A stretch of 30,285 nt of DNA from an uncultured Candidatus Saccharibacteria bacterium (GCA_964619985.1 CAZUII010000002.1:1-30285); one strand, 5' to 3'. Positions 14,474-24,225 are shown, counted from the first letter of the stretch. Program-made: numbers and translations. The notes: generated by a model not told the origin, from the letters alone.

Positions 14474-15703
14474 CTAACCGGCAATCTTTTTCATGTGTTT
14501 TGCTAGATTGTCCAGAGCGACGATCTCCTGGGCGTGAGTCTCGGTCTTGCGGACAATGGCCGTGCGCTCGACCGCCTCTTTTTTGCCCATGACTATGACG
14601 TATGGAGTATGATACTTTTCCACGGTAGATACTTGGGCTCCGAGGCGGTCTTTCGCCAGTGAAAGGTACAAAGGAATTTTGACTTGGCGCAGACTCTCGA
14701 TGACGCTCAATGAGATGTGCTTTGATTCAAGGCCGAGCTGAATGAATGAAGCCGCCGGCCGACGCATTTTACTGACGGTTTTTCGCAATTTAGGATTGGT
14801 ATCCGGGGTGAGTAATGAAATGCCCACGCCAGGCACATCACGCTTCATGCCAAGACGCTTCGCCAGGCCATTGTATCGTACGCCCACTGCCAAGACGCGT
14901 TGCTTGGTTTTCTTATTGGCGGTGTCGGTGTTGATAATAGTAAAAATGGTTTCGCTGCAATATTTGCGGTTGCCGATGAGCGAATTATTGATCAGGTAGG
15001 GGATGCCGAGGGCCTCGAGATATTCGAGTGTCTCCTCGAGGTGTCTCTTGCTGGTCTCCGAAAGAAAATCCATGGAACGCGGTGCCTTCTCATTTATCTC
15101 CTTGGCGCCGGCGCCATGCGATGCCAGAAGCTCAAAGACATCCTGTTTCATGAGCTGGCGGCATTCCGGCGTCATGCTATTGATGTTTTTGCGGTAATAG
15201 GAAGTGAGTTCGCGGGCAAATCGCGCTACGGAGTCGCGGTCGCCGATTGAATTTATCTCGACGGCCGTCGATGCGTATCCTTGTTCGGCCAGCATGACGC
15301 GGGCGGTCTGGATGAGAGTGGCTTCGGCGATGGCGCCCGATGTGCCGAGTATTTCCAGATCAGCATAACGGTGATACCCTCCTTTTTTTATCGAGCCGCG
15401 GCAGGAATCTTTGAAATAGACCATAACCGGCTGCGGAAGGGATTGCATATCGGCATCCTGATACATGCGCATGATGGCAATTTTTTCTTCGACATGAAGG
15501 GGGAGTTTGCCATGGTTCTCGGTTTCATCGTCGACATAGTCGCCTTCAAGGATGTCCTTTGCGGCATCAAGATCCGGTTTGGTGACATGCGGGCTCTTCA
15601 TCGGCGTAAATCCGTAATACACGGGAATTTCTCCTATCTTATCCAAATGTTCATACTGGACGAATGCTGAATCGGTTTTCTTTTGTTTATTTTTTGAAGG
15701 CAT
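14474..15703 (-). CDS. Degenerate histidyl-tRNA synthetase paralogue (class IIa fold plus anticodon-binding domain)
   Basis: Colinear with HisRS (YYGF..P, EILG, INSIGD, YLEALGIPY.IN..L, RY.GL, HGTP-type C-terminus), but the catalytic motifs are altered. Confidence 0.8.
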   Translation of the reverse strand: MPSKNKQKKTDSAFVQYEHLDKIGEIPVYYGFTPMKSPHVTKPDLDAAKDILEGDYVDDETENHGKLPLHVEEKIAIMRMYQDADMQSLPQPVMVYFKDSCRGSIKKGGYHRYADLEILGTSGAIAEATLIQTARVMLAEQGYASTAVEINSIGDRDSVARFARELTSYYRKNINSMTPECRQLMKQDVFELLASHGAGAKEINEKAPRSMDFLSETSKRHLEETLEYLEALGIPYLINNSLIGNRKYCSETIFTIINTDTANKKTKQRVLAVGVRYNGLAKRLGMKRDVPGVGISLLTPDTNPKLRKTVSKMRRPAASFIQLGLESKHISLSVIESLRQVKIPLYLSLAKDRLGAQVSTVEKYHTPYVIVMGKKEAVERTAIVRKTETHAQEIVALDNLAKHMKKIAG

Positions 15704-15718
15704 ACTGGTGTGTGTCGG

Positions 15719-16312
15719 TTATTCTTGATATTCGCCGGGGAATACGCCAATGGTATTGAGCGGTACCAGCCGTACGATCGGGCGCCCGATAATAAAATCC
15801 TTGCTCAACGGCCCCCAGATGCGTGAGTCCGAACTTTCGGCGCGATTGTCTCCCATGACAAAATAGTGGTCTGCTGCAAGCGTCTCATGCAACGTCTCGG
15901 CCGACAGGTGGGCGGCGTTCACATACGGTTCAGCAAGCTCGAATCCTTCAGGATGGGCGGCGTTGAAGATGCTGACCTTGCCGCGGCTGATATCCACAGT
16001 CTCGCCGGGGAGTCCGATAATGCGCTTTATGTAGTAGATGCTCGGGTTGTTGGGGTATTCAAAGACAATGACATCGCCGCGATTTGGCTGCTCAAAACGA
16101 TAACTGACGCGGTCGACGATGAGGAATTGTCCAGTGGAGAACGTGGGATCCATCGAAGCTCCTTGGACGATGAATGGTTCGGCGATGAAAAAGCGCACAG
16201 GGAGGGCAATGACGAGCGCAATGACGATGACTTGTACCCACTCGCGCAGGTTCTGCCAAAAATTCTTACGCACGGGCGATTGGGTCAAAGGAGCGGGGGT
16301 ATCTAAATCCAT
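15719..16312 (-). CDS. lepB: Signal peptidase I
   Basis: N-terminal TM, GASMDPT (Ser), YYIKRIIGLPG (Lys), MGDNR..SSDSR. Confidence 0.97.
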   Translation of the reverse strand: MDLDTPAPLTQSPVRKNFWQNLREWVQVIVIALVIALPVRFFIAEPFIVQGASMDPTFSTGQFLIVDRVSYRFEQPNRGDVIVFEYPNNPSIYYIKRIIGLPGETVDISRGKVSIFNAAHPEGFELAEPYVNAAHLSAETLHETLAADHYFVMGDNRAESSDSRIWGPLSKDFIIGRPIVRLVPLNTIGVFPGEYQE

Positions 16313-16380
16313 AGTAGAGCCATTGTACTATCAAACAATGTTTGACACAAGAGTTTTCAGCGTGTCATACTGTTCTCCAT

Positions 16381-16977
16381 ATGCCTTATATCATCGCAGG
16401 TCTCGGAAATCCCGGGGAAGAATACGCGAATACGCGCCACAACACCGGACGCTTCATGCTGGAAGCGATTCGGGCAGCTTTCACTAAGGAAGATTTTTCA
16501 TTTAATAAAAAAATAAACGCGCAGGTTACTGAAGCAAAAATAGGGAGGGAAAAAGTCACGCTTGTCGCGCCGGAGACATTTATGAATAATTCTGGCAAAG
16601 CTATCGCCGGCTTGGTCAAAAGCGTCAAGGCGGCCGAAAAGCTTATCGTTATCTACGATGATTTCAATCTGCCACTGGGCCGCATTCGCATCTCATTCAA
16701 TCGCAGTTCAGGCGGACACAACGGATTGGCATCCGTCATTAAGGCTGTCAAGACAGAAGCGTTCTCGCGCATACGCATTGGTGTCGCTCCGGAAAATGCA
16801 AAAGGCAATGCCAAAACGCCGCATGGAGATGAAAAAATAGAGAAGTTTATTCTCGGCCCCTACAAGAATGAAGAGATGAAAGAGCTTAGGAAAGTTGCCA
16901 AAAAAGTCGTTGAAGCGGTTGAGGTTCTCATTCGCGAAGGTAGGGAAAAGGCTATGAGTGTGTACAACGCGGGGTAG
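16381..16977 (+). CDS. pth: Peptidyl-tRNA hydrolase
   Basis: IAGLGNPG..Y..TRHN, PETFMNNSG, YDD..LPLG, GGHNGL, RIRIG. ATG at 16381. Confidence 0.97.
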   Translation: MPYIIAGLGNPGEEYANTRHNTGRFMLEAIRAAFTKEDFSFNKKINAQVTEAKIGREKVTLVAPETFMNNSGKAIAGLVKSVKAAEKLIVIYDDFNLPLGRIRISFNRSSGGHNGLASVIKAVKTEAFSRIRIGVAPENAKGNAKTPHGDEKIEKFILGPYKNEEMKELRKVAKKVVEAVEVLIREGREKAMSVYNAG

Positions 16978-16998
16978 AATACCTCTAGCTTTGTTGCT

Positions 16999-17334
16999 AT
17001 GATTGTGGTAGGTATGGCATCTAAATCTCAAGGTTTTTATTCGTATATACTCGAGAATAATCACCACGATGTATGGAAAATAATCGTGCTGGTCTTGGCG
17101 CTGGTCGGTATTGTCGCACTGATGTGGGTATACTCATCGCTTGTGGGCACCACTGACACCTCCGTGCCGTATTATGTCCCGACAAAAAAGACGACTATTC
17201 TTCAAACCACTGACGCGCAACGTGCGGCAGCTCTAATCAAGCCATCTGCCGTTCCGCCGATCAATCTCCAGATGACCGCCGCCCAGCGCCGGGCATTGCT
17301 TACCAAACCATCAACATCCGCTCCATTGCGGTAG
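16999..17334 (+). CDS. Hypothetical single-TM protein (start may be 17014)
   Basis: TM segment WKIIVLVLALVGIVALMWVY; co-directional with pth and the next gene. Confidence 0.7.
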   Translation: MIVVGMASKSQGFYSYILENNHHDVWKIIVLVLALVGIVALMWVYSSLVGTTDTSVPYYVPTKKTTILQTTDAQRAAALIKPSAVPPINLQMTAAQRRALLTKPSTSAPLR

Positions 17335-17390
17335 CCGTGCCTTCTTGTACTTATACACAATAATTTTTTATCAACAACTCATATATATCC

Positions 17391-18155
17391 ATGAAAAACA
17401 CACAAACGCGAATTGTTCGGATTGCTGCGGCCACAGGTATTACGCTCGGAGCTTTTGCTTTGTCGGTCGTGGCAGCTACCTGGACGGCACCTACATCCGC
17501 TCCTCCGAATGGCAACGTCGATGCGCCGATCAATGTCGGCTATGGCTTGCAGACAAAATACGGATACCTTGACATTGTCGGCCAAGTTTCCGCGGGCGTT
17601 GCCAATACCTATGGACTGATTGTCGAGAATGGCAACGTCGGTATCGGCACGTTGACGCCTACTACGAAACTGGAGGTTGTAGGTACGGCGTCAATGACAG
17701 GACTCGTGGTATCGGGCGGCTCTCCAGCTTCGGGACAAGTTCTCACCTCTGATGCCAATGGAGTGGCAACATGGCAGACGCCTGTGGCAGGAGGAAGCGC
17801 TGTTACCAGCATCTCCGGTGTTGCGTATGTGCCGCTTGCTCCATGCAACACGACCGTGTGTTCAAAGGTCGTCAGTATTAGTAGCGGCAATTTCACTTCT
17901 CCTCCTGCCATAACCATAACACCGAAATGGACACGCTTTACCGGTGATGAAGATATTGCATGGTGGGTTACCAACGTTACCACCACGAGTTTCAAGATAA
18001 ATTGGCACACACCATCTAGTGGCACAAACTATGGTGAGCCTGGAGTGATATGGACTGCCCAAACCCAAACTGTTGCATCGGAATCGGCACCGGCCACAGT
18101 GCCACCACCAAATACTGATGTATGTGGCGGCGGACACGGTACCTACTGCCCATAG
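17391..18155 (+). CDS. Exported adhesin / tail-fibre-like surface protein
   Basis: N-terminal signal/TM; WTAPTSAPPNGNVDAPINVG module; GNVGIGT..P..KLEV and GQVLTSDANGVATW fibre-type repeats; C-terminal beta domain. Confidence 0.75.
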   Translation: MKNTQTRIVRIAAATGITLGAFALSVVAATWTAPTSAPPNGNVDAPINVGYGLQTKYGYLDIVGQVSAGVANTYGLIVENGNVGIGTLTPTTKLEVVGTASMTGLVVSGGSPASGQVLTSDANGVATWQTPVAGGSAVTSISGVAYVPLAPCNTTVCSKVVSISSGNFTSPPAITITPKWTRFTGDEDIAWWVTNVTTTSFKINWHTPSSGTNYGEPGVIWTAQTQTVASESAPATVPPPNTDVCGGGHGTYCP

Positions 18156-18158
18156 AAT

Positions 18159-19388
18159 CTACTTTTTCTCGCCGCTATACGAGAGGGCCATCTTCTGCTC
18201 CTTGGCATCGAAGAGAGTTATCTTGAACGGATAGGTCTTGCCGAGCTCGAGAGTTTTGCGGAGCTTTTCTTCTGATCCGAACTCTGAAACATGGACAAGT
18301 CCTGCTACACCTTCTTCAATAGAAGCGAGTGCGCCATGCTTGTTGAACTTGATGATAACACCAGTGACTGCCATATCCTTTTTGTATTTCTTGGCAGCTT
18401 CACTCCATGGGTTTGCCTTCATCTGCTTCAATGACAGAGAGATCTTGCCATCCTTAATCTCAATGATCTTGGCTTTGATCTTCTGGCCAACCTTTACGAA
18501 GTTGCGAGGATCATCAACGAGACCCCAGTCAATTTCTGAAATGTGGACGAGACCTTCGAGACCTTCCTCAAGTTTAACGAAGACACCGAAATCAACGACG
18601 CCAGTGACGAGGCCGTCAACCTCATCGCCAATCTCATACTTGCTGACAACCTTCTCTTTCTCCTTGGTCTCCTGACCCTTTTCAGAGAAGATAAGCTTGC
18701 CTTCCTTTGGATCTGCAGTAATGATCGCAACCTGGAGGCGGGTGCCAACGAGCTTCTTGAGTTCTTCGAGGATCTTATCCTTGTCGCCATCAGCAACCTT
18801 TGGATAGTGTTCACTCTTCAACTGTGAAGCAGGGAGGAAACCGATAATGCCTTGCCATTCGATCATGAGACCACCCTTGTTTGCTTCCTTGACCAAGAGA
18901 TCCAGTGACTTCTTTTCCTTGATAGCAACTTCTGCTTCGCTCCAAATGAGAGCTTGGCGAGCTTCCTTAAGTGACAATTCGTAATAACCATCCTTGTGAG
19001 CGGTGTCTACGATCTTGGCAGCAATGACATCGCCGACATTGATCTTCTTGATAACATCGCGCGCAATGATGAATTCACGGCCGTAAATGATACCGGTACC
19101 GAATGGTGCAAGGTCGATATAGACCGCTGACTTTTCGATAGCGATGACTGGACCTTCAACAAGATCGCCAATGATTGGCGGATTCTTCATGGATGCAATA
19201 AAACTACCCATGACACTCGCTTTCTGTGCGTCGGTGAGCTCCATATCTTCTTTCTTTTTTGTGTCCTTGACGTCAACCTTTGCTTCGCCTGTTGCGCGGG
19301 TTTTCTTTGCTGGAGCAGCTTCAGTTGCAACAACTGCTTCTGCCTCTTTCTCCTTACCAACTAACGTTTCTTTTAATTTTTTGAACAT
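18159..19388 (-). CDS. rpsA: 30S ribosomal protein S1-like (four S1 domains)
   Basis: Repeated S1 motifs (GVVDFGVFV..LEGLVHISE, GALA...VAGLVHVSE, NKGGL...GFLPASQL). Confidence 0.9.
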   Translation of the reverse strand: MFKKLKETLVGKEKEAEAVVATEAAPAKKTRATGEAKVDVKDTKKKEDMELTDAQKASVMGSFIASMKNPPIIGDLVEGPVIAIEKSAVYIDLAPFGTGIIYGREFIIARDVIKKINVGDVIAAKIVDTAHKDGYYELSLKEARQALIWSEAEVAIKEKKSLDLLVKEANKGGLMIEWQGIIGFLPASQLKSEHYPKVADGDKDKILEELKKLVGTRLQVAIITADPKEGKLIFSEKGQETKEKEKVVSKYEIGDEVDGLVTGVVDFGVFVKLEEGLEGLVHISEIDWGLVDDPRNFVKVGQKIKAKIIEIKDGKISLSLKQMKANPWSEAAKKYKKDMAVTGVIIKFNKHGALASIEEGVAGLVHVSEFGSEEKLRKTLELGKTYPFKITLFDAKEQKMALSYSGEKK

Positions 19389-19523
19389 GTGTATTCTGCC
19401 GCCCCGTTTTTTAAAATAATAATAGATACTTTCGGGATAACGCGCAGATTGTTAAACGGACATTTTGCCACAAACTGTGAACAAAAAAGGCTTCACTGCC
19501 TATGGCGAGATAATATCCCACAA

Positions 19524-19552
19524 TTGCTTTTTTGTCGAGGGAGGGGTAGGAT
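19524..19552 (+). promoter_or_regulatory. sigma70 promoter for the 19570..19938 gene
   Basis: TTGCTT (19524-29), 17-nt spacer, TAGGAT (19547-52); SD GGAGGT at 19560-65. Confidence 0.6.
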
Positions 19553-19569
19553 TTTTGCGGGAGGTAAGT

Positions 19570-19938
19570 ATGAAACGACAAGTAATACCCCGAACCATTG
19601 AGGGTTTGGAAACATGGCTGAAAAAACAGCCGTACGAGGTTAAACGAACATTTCGGGCACGTGCTGACGTAGCAGATCGCTCTCTCTATCTTATTCAACT
19701 CAAAGAACTTTGGCTGCATGTGGTGCGAGGTCAACCCTTGCACATAAGCACCATCGAAACTCTTCCGGAGACTCCCGAGTCTCGTAGGGAGCGACTTGAT
19801 GAACAGGCTCGCCTGGCTGCAATTGATGGACTGCCGACCTGGAAGCGCGCAAAGATCCTTCAGTACAAAAGCCCCGATACGGGGCGTAGGCGTCCTAAAA
19901 CAGGGAGCAGTAAGCTACCATGGCCTTGGCCTCGGTAA
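19570..19938 (+). CDS. Hypothetical basic protein (122 aa) in its own transcription unit
   Basis: GGAGGT 4 nt before the ATG at 19570; promoter and terminator flank it. Confidence 0.75.
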   Translation: MKRQVIPRTIEGLETWLKKQPYEVKRTFRARADVADRSLYLIQLKELWLHVVRGQPLHISTIETLPETPESRRERLDEQARLAAIDGLPTWKRAKILQYKSPDTGRRRPKTGSSKLPWPWPR

Positions 19939-19954
19939 AAGTCACCAATCATCT

Positions 19955-19993
19955 GGCCACGCGAATCATTTGGATTTGCGTGAGCCTTTTTTT
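19955..19993 (+). terminator. Intrinsic terminator
   Basis: CACGCGAATC/GATTTGCGTG stem, outer GGC/GCC pairs, then TTTTTTT. Confidence 0.8.
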
Positions 19994-20024
19994 ATTTCGC
20001 GATATTTGTTAGCATAAGCGTACT

Positions 20025-20657
20025 ATGATAATCAATTACCTCGGCGGACAATTTGTAAAGATTCAATTTGGCGATACTATTTTGGCCTTTAATCCTGTTT
20101 CAAAGGACTCAAAGCTGAAATCTTCAAAGTTTGGTGCGGACATGGTGCTGACCAGCGTCAATCATCCTGATTTCAATGGTGTCGAACAGGTTACTTTTGG
20201 CGATAAAAAGCCTTTCGTGATTGCTGGTCCTGGAGAATATGAAGTTCGCGGTGTCTTCATCAAAGGATTTGGTTCCGAGTCGGGCTATGATGGAGAAAAG
20301 AGAATCAATACTATATATACGGTATCGCTTGAAGGAATGAACATTTGTTTCCTTGGTGCACTGAACACAACTGAACTACCAAAGGAGGCTGATGAATCTA
20401 TCGATGCGGTTGATGTTTTGTTTGTGCCGATAAGTGGTGCTGGCGTGCTCGATCCGGCCAAGGCCTATAAACTTGCAGTTTCTATTGGTCCCAAGATCAT
20501 TATTCCTGTCAATTATGGTGATAGTGGCGACAAGGATGCTCTCAAGAAATTCCTCAAAGAGGCGGGTGAAAATCCAAAACCGGAGCCAAAGCTGACTCTC
20601 AAAAAGAAAGATTTGGAAGGGAAGGAAGCAGATGTGGTGGTATTGGAGAGGGAATAG
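20025..20657 (+). CDS. Metallo-beta-lactamase-fold protein with degenerate metal ligands
   Basis: Family pattern I.YLG..., PGEYEVRGVFIKG, NTIY, DVLFVPI, PKIIIP; the HxHxDH position reads VNHPDF. Confidence 0.8.
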   Translation: MIINYLGGQFVKIQFGDTILAFNPVSKDSKLKSSKFGADMVLTSVNHPDFNGVEQVTFGDKKPFVIAGPGEYEVRGVFIKGFGSESGYDGEKRINTIYTVSLEGMNICFLGALNTTELPKEADESIDAVDVLFVPISGAGVLDPAKAYKLAVSIGPKIIIPVNYGDSGDKDALKKFLKEAGENPKPEPKLTLKKKDLEGKEADVVVLERE

Positions 20658-20752
20658 AAAAGTCAAAAGTCAAAGGTTGACAGTTATTAGTTGAAACAGT
20701 TGATAATGGGCGCTTGAAACTAAGGACTAATAACTGTAAACTTATAACTACT
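20658..20752. repeat. Inverted pair of heptamer arrays
   Basis: AAAAGTC AAAAGTC AAAGGTT GACAGTT ATTAGTT ... AACTAAG GACTAAT AACTGTA AACTTAT AACTACT. Confidence 0.75.
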
Positions 20753-20755
20753 TAC

Positions 20756-21055
20756 ATGGCCCTCCAAACTCATCTCGAAAATCTGCGCGCGAAGCCTGAA
20801 CATGTTCGCAAGAGATATGCCTTTTGGAGTTCGTTCTGTATAACGGCAATCATCTTTGTCTTTTGGCTGGCATCGTTCTCTGTGAGCGGCAGTACATCAA
20901 ATGCGACAGTGGCGCAGGCCGTTGAAAAGGCCGGCAGTCCGGGCAGTTCACTCATCGCCGGCGTCGGAAACTTTTTTGTCGATATAAAAGAGATGATTTT
21001 TGGTGCAAAGAAAATTACCTATACTGAAGTGGAAGTGAGTCCGGGGAAGAAATAA
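20756..21055 (+). CDS. Hypothetical single-TM protein (99 aa)
   Basis: LENLRAKPEHVRKRYAF followed by a TM segment. ATG at 20756; the upstream ORF extension is the heptamer array. Confidence 0.8.
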   Translation: MALQTHLENLRAKPEHVRKRYAFWSSFCITAIIFVFWLASFSVSGSTSNATVAQAVEKAGSPGSSLIAGVGNFFVDIKEMIFGAKKITYTEVEVSPGKK

Positions 21056-21068
21056 AATTTAGGGAAAT

Positions 21069-21110
21069 AAAAAAAGAGCCACGGGCGACAGGCGTCGCTC
21101 GCAGCTTTTT
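21069..21110. terminator. Bidirectional terminator between convergent genes
   Basis: GCGAC/GTCGC core stem with outer pairs; A7 on the left and T5 on the right. Confidence 0.75.
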
Positions 21111-21113
21111 CGT

Positions 21114-21593
21114 TCAGAGATTTGCGGAAACTGATCTTACTCCTTCCAGCAGTTCGCATACGAGTACTCGGTGCGGGCTTACTTCGAAGATTTTCTCCAC
21201 GACTAAAGGATCATCAAAATCTGAGAGCAAGTGTGACGCAAGGGCTATGGAACAGGCTTCAGTCACATCGTTCGGAAGTGTGCTGGTAAATGATATGCAG
21301 AGGGGCAATGTGAGAATCGCACCGGCGCAATATGATTTCCATTTACTGCTAAGCAGCACATCTTTTCGTGCAGCAAGCAAGCGTGCTCGCTCGAATGCGT
21401 GGAAAGCTAAACCCCCAGCCGATTTTTTTGGCGGATTGCAGATTGGATGCAAGAGTAGCGGGTAATCATTTTCTACCTGATAAAGGGCCAGATATCCCCC
21501 AGAGTCTAGAGGATTTGCATCAAACTCAAGCACGGCCTGTTCGAATATGCTGGTCATGACGAGCGTTACATGGTTCAAATGCATTAGGTCCAT
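21114..21593 (-). CDS. Hypothetical protein (159 aa); faint resemblance to the GlcG/HbpS-like fold
   Basis: Only long ORF in the gap; ends at the bidirectional terminator. The fold guess rests on GGY...ERARLL...GAI....ISF spacing. Confidence 0.7.
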   Translation of the reverse strand: MDLMHLNHVTLVMTSIFEQAVLEFDANPLDSGGYLALYQVENDYPLLLHPICNPPKKSAGGLAFHAFERARLLAARKDVLLSSKWKSYCAGAILTLPLCISFTSTLPNDVTEACSIALASHLLSDFDDPLVVEKIFEVSPHRVLVCELLEGVRSVSANL

Positions 21594-21685
21594 AATTTAA
21601 TCCAGTTAAATTGTTCACAAATACAGTTCAGTCACGATTTAATCACAAAATAACATTTAGTCAAGGTGCAGGGCAGTTCTATTTT

Positions 21686-21694
21686 TGCTATAAT
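21686..21694 (+). promoter_or_regulatory. Extended -10 promoter of gyrA
   Basis: TGCTATAAT, 34 nt upstream of the ATG. Confidence 0.6.
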
Positions 21695-21728
21695 TTACCT
21701 ACATAAGGAATCCATTCCTTTTTGATTT

Positions 21729-24209
21729 ATGGCCAAAAAGAGCGACAAATCAGCTATTGAAGCAGAACCACCAGCACGCGCACCGGGCGCAGGTGTTGTG
21801 GCTCGCAACATTACCACAGAGATGCGCGAGTCTTTTTTGGACTACGCGATGTCAGTTATTACTGACCGCGCACTTCCTGATGTCCGCGATGGCTTGAAGC
21901 CTGTACACCGCCGTATTCTTTTTGCTATGCATGAAAAAGGATTGACCTTCTCCGCTAAATTCCGCAAGTCAGCAGTGGTGGTCGGTGATGTCTTGGGTAA
22001 TTACCACCCGCACGGCGACGTGGCTGTCTATGATTCGATGGTCAAAATGGCGCAGGATTTCACGATGCGCTACCCGTTGATTCAGGGACAGGGAAACTTC
22101 GGTACGGTTGATGGTGACTCGGCTGCTGCGATGCGTTATACCGAAGCAAAAATGGCACGTGTTTCCGCAGAGCTTCTTCGCGACATGGACAAGAACACTG
22201 TTGATTTCCGTCCAAACTACGATGGTACCCGCAAAGAGCCGACCGTTCTTCCAACTGCAGTTCCGAATCTTCTTCTCAATGGAACATTGGGTATTGCGGT
22301 GGGTATGGCTACGAACATTGCTCCTCATAATCTCGGGGAAGTTATTGATGCTACCGTTCACCTGATTGATAATGAGGACGCCACGACCGAAGACCTCTTT
22401 GCTTTTATCAAAGGTCCTGATTTTCCAACGGGTGCTGTCATTTACGGAGAAAAAGACATTCATCATGCCTATGCGACTGGTCGCGGTGGCGTGACTGTTC
22501 GTGGCGAAGCCGAGATCGTTGAAGACAAGAAGGGTCAATTCCAGATTGTCATTACGTCTATTCCATATCGCGTCAACAAGTCAGAACTTATTATTCGCAT
22601 GGCGGATTTGGTACGCGAAAAAGTCATTGAAGGTGTTAAGGGTCTTCGTGATGAATCAGATAAGGAGATGCGCATCGTGCTTGATCTCAAGAACGGTGCC
22701 TATCCAGAAAAGATTTTGAATCTGCTTTACAAGCACACACAACTTGAAGAAGCTTTCCATATGAACATGGTGGCGCTGGTTCACGGCGTGCCACAGACAC
22801 TTTCTATCAAAACCTTCTTGGAAGAATTCGTTACGCACCGTATCGAAGTTATCCGTCGTCGCACCAAGTTTGATCTCGACGCCGCAGAAGCTCGTGAGCA
22901 TATTTTGCTTGGCTTGAAGAAGGCGCTGGATCACATTGACGAGATCATTACACTGATTCGTGCTTCAAAGGATGTGGCTGATGCAAAGGCGGGCCTCATG
23001 AAGAAGTTCAAGTTCAGTGACCTCCAGGCGCAAGCAATTCTCGATATGCGTTTGCAGAAGCTCGCCGGACTCGAACGCAAGAAAGTCTTGGATGAGCTCA
23101 AGGAAGTTCAGGCTCTCATCGAAGAACTTAAGAGTATTTTGAGTAGTGAAAAGAAAGTTCGCGGCATCATCAAGACCGAACTGACCGACATCAAGACAAA
23201 ATATGGCGATGATCGTCGTACTAAGATTGTGAAGCACGGCGTAAAGGAGTTCAACCCAGAAGATTTGATTGCTGATGAAGAGTCAGTACTCGTGCTTACC
23301 AAAGGCGGCTATATCAAACGCACTAACCCTGATGAATATCGCAAACAGAAGCGCGGTGGTGTTGGTGTCGTCGATTTGGATACAAAGGAAGAAGATTTTA
23401 TTTCCCATCTCGTTTTTGCCTCGACACACAACGATCTACTGTTCTTCTCCGACAAGGGCAAGGCTTATCAGATCAAGATGTATGATATTCCCGAAGGAAA
23501 GCGCGCCACTAAAGGCAAGTCAATCATGAACTTCCTCTCGCTTGCGGAAGGGGAGCATGTGACGTCTATTTTGGCCATGCCAAAGAATAAAAAGGAGGCC
23601 GACGGACTTTCACTCATGATGGTCACCAAAAACGGCACCGGCAAAAAGTGTTCAGCGACGCATTTCAAAGACGTTCGCAGGTCAGGATTGATCGCTATTA
23701 CGCTAGATGATGGCGATGAGCTCATCTCTGCTTCGTTTGTTTCAAAAAATGACACAATTACTATTGCCACCAAGGACGGTCAGTCTATACGTTTTGATGA
23801 AGGTGATGTTCGCGAGATGGGCCGCAACGCCGCTGGCGTACGCGTCATTAAGCTCGATAAAAAGGATAATGTTATTTCAGCAGATGTCGTCTCAAAGGAT
23901 GCCAAGAACCCTGCACTCTTCGTGATGGGAGCAAATGGATATGGCAAGAAGACCAAGCTTGATGAATATAAGGTTCAAAACCGCGGAGGTTCGGGCATTC
24001 TTACCATGAATGTGACTGCAAAGACCGGACCTCTCATGGCCGCAAAGGTAGTTACTGATGATGAAGAAGAGATTGTGGCAATGTCAAAGAAATCCCAGGT
24101 TATCCGCGTTGATCTCAAAGAAATTCCAACCTTGTCCCGTGCGACGCAGGGTGTGAGGGTAATGAAACTGCGCGATGGCGATCAATTGGCTAGTTTGATT
24201 TGTTTGTAG
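21729..24209 (+). CDS. gyrA: DNA gyrase subunit A
   Basis: [23 protein letters not shown] (catalytic Tyr), GyrA-box QKRGGVG, C-terminal pinwheel repeats. Confidence 0.98.
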   Translation: MAKKSDKSAIEAEPPARAPGAGVVARNITTEMRESFLDYAMSVITDRALPDVRDGLKPVHRRILFAMHEKGLTFSAKFRKSAVVVGDVLGNYHPHGDVAVYDSMVKMAQDFTMRYPLIQGQGNFGTVDGDSAAAMRYTEAKMARVSAELLRDMDKNTVDFRPNYDGTRKEPTVLPTAVPNLLLNGTLGIAVGMATNIAPHNLGEVIDATVHLIDNEDATTEDLFAFIKGPDFPTGAVIYGEKDIHHAYATGRGGVTVRGEAEIVEDKKGQFQIVITSIPYRVNKSELIIRMADLVREKVIEGVKGLRDESDKEMRIVLDLKNGAYPEKILNLLYKHTQLEEAFHMNMVALVHGVPQTLSIKTFLEEFVTHRIEVIRRRTKFDLDAAEAREHILLGLKKALDHIDEIITLIRASKDVADAKAGLMKKFKFSDLQAQAILDMRLQKLAGLERKKVLDELKEVQALIEELKSILSSEKKVRGIIKTELTDIKTKYGDDRRTKIVKHGVKEFNPEDLIADEESVLVLTKGGYIKRTNPDEYRKQKRGGVGVVDLDTKEEDFISHLVFASTHNDLLFFSDKGKAYQIKMYDIPEGKRATKGKSIMNFLSLAEGEHVTSILAMPKNKKEADGLSLMMVTKNGTGKKCSATHFKDVRRSGLIAITLDDGDELISASFVSKNDTITIATKDGQSIRFDEGDVREMGRNAAGVRVIKLDKKDNVISADVVSKDAKNPALFVMGANGYGKKTKLDEYKVQNRGGSGILTMNVTAKTGPLMAAKVVTDDEEEIVAMSKKSQVIRVDLKEIPTLSRATQGVRVMKLRDGDQLASLICL

Positions 24210-24225
24210 TACACATCTTCGTTCT

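Noticed and set aside
14474-15703. Calling this gene hisS or hisZ
   Set aside because: The catalytic motifs are lost (not hisS). It keeps an anticodon domain and no hisG is nearby (not typical hisZ).
17507-17640. Exact 14-bp direct repeat GAATGGCAACGTCG 120 bp apart
   Set aside because: Both copies encode the same NGNV peptide in one gene; there are two copies only, so this is not a CRISPR or mobile-element signature.
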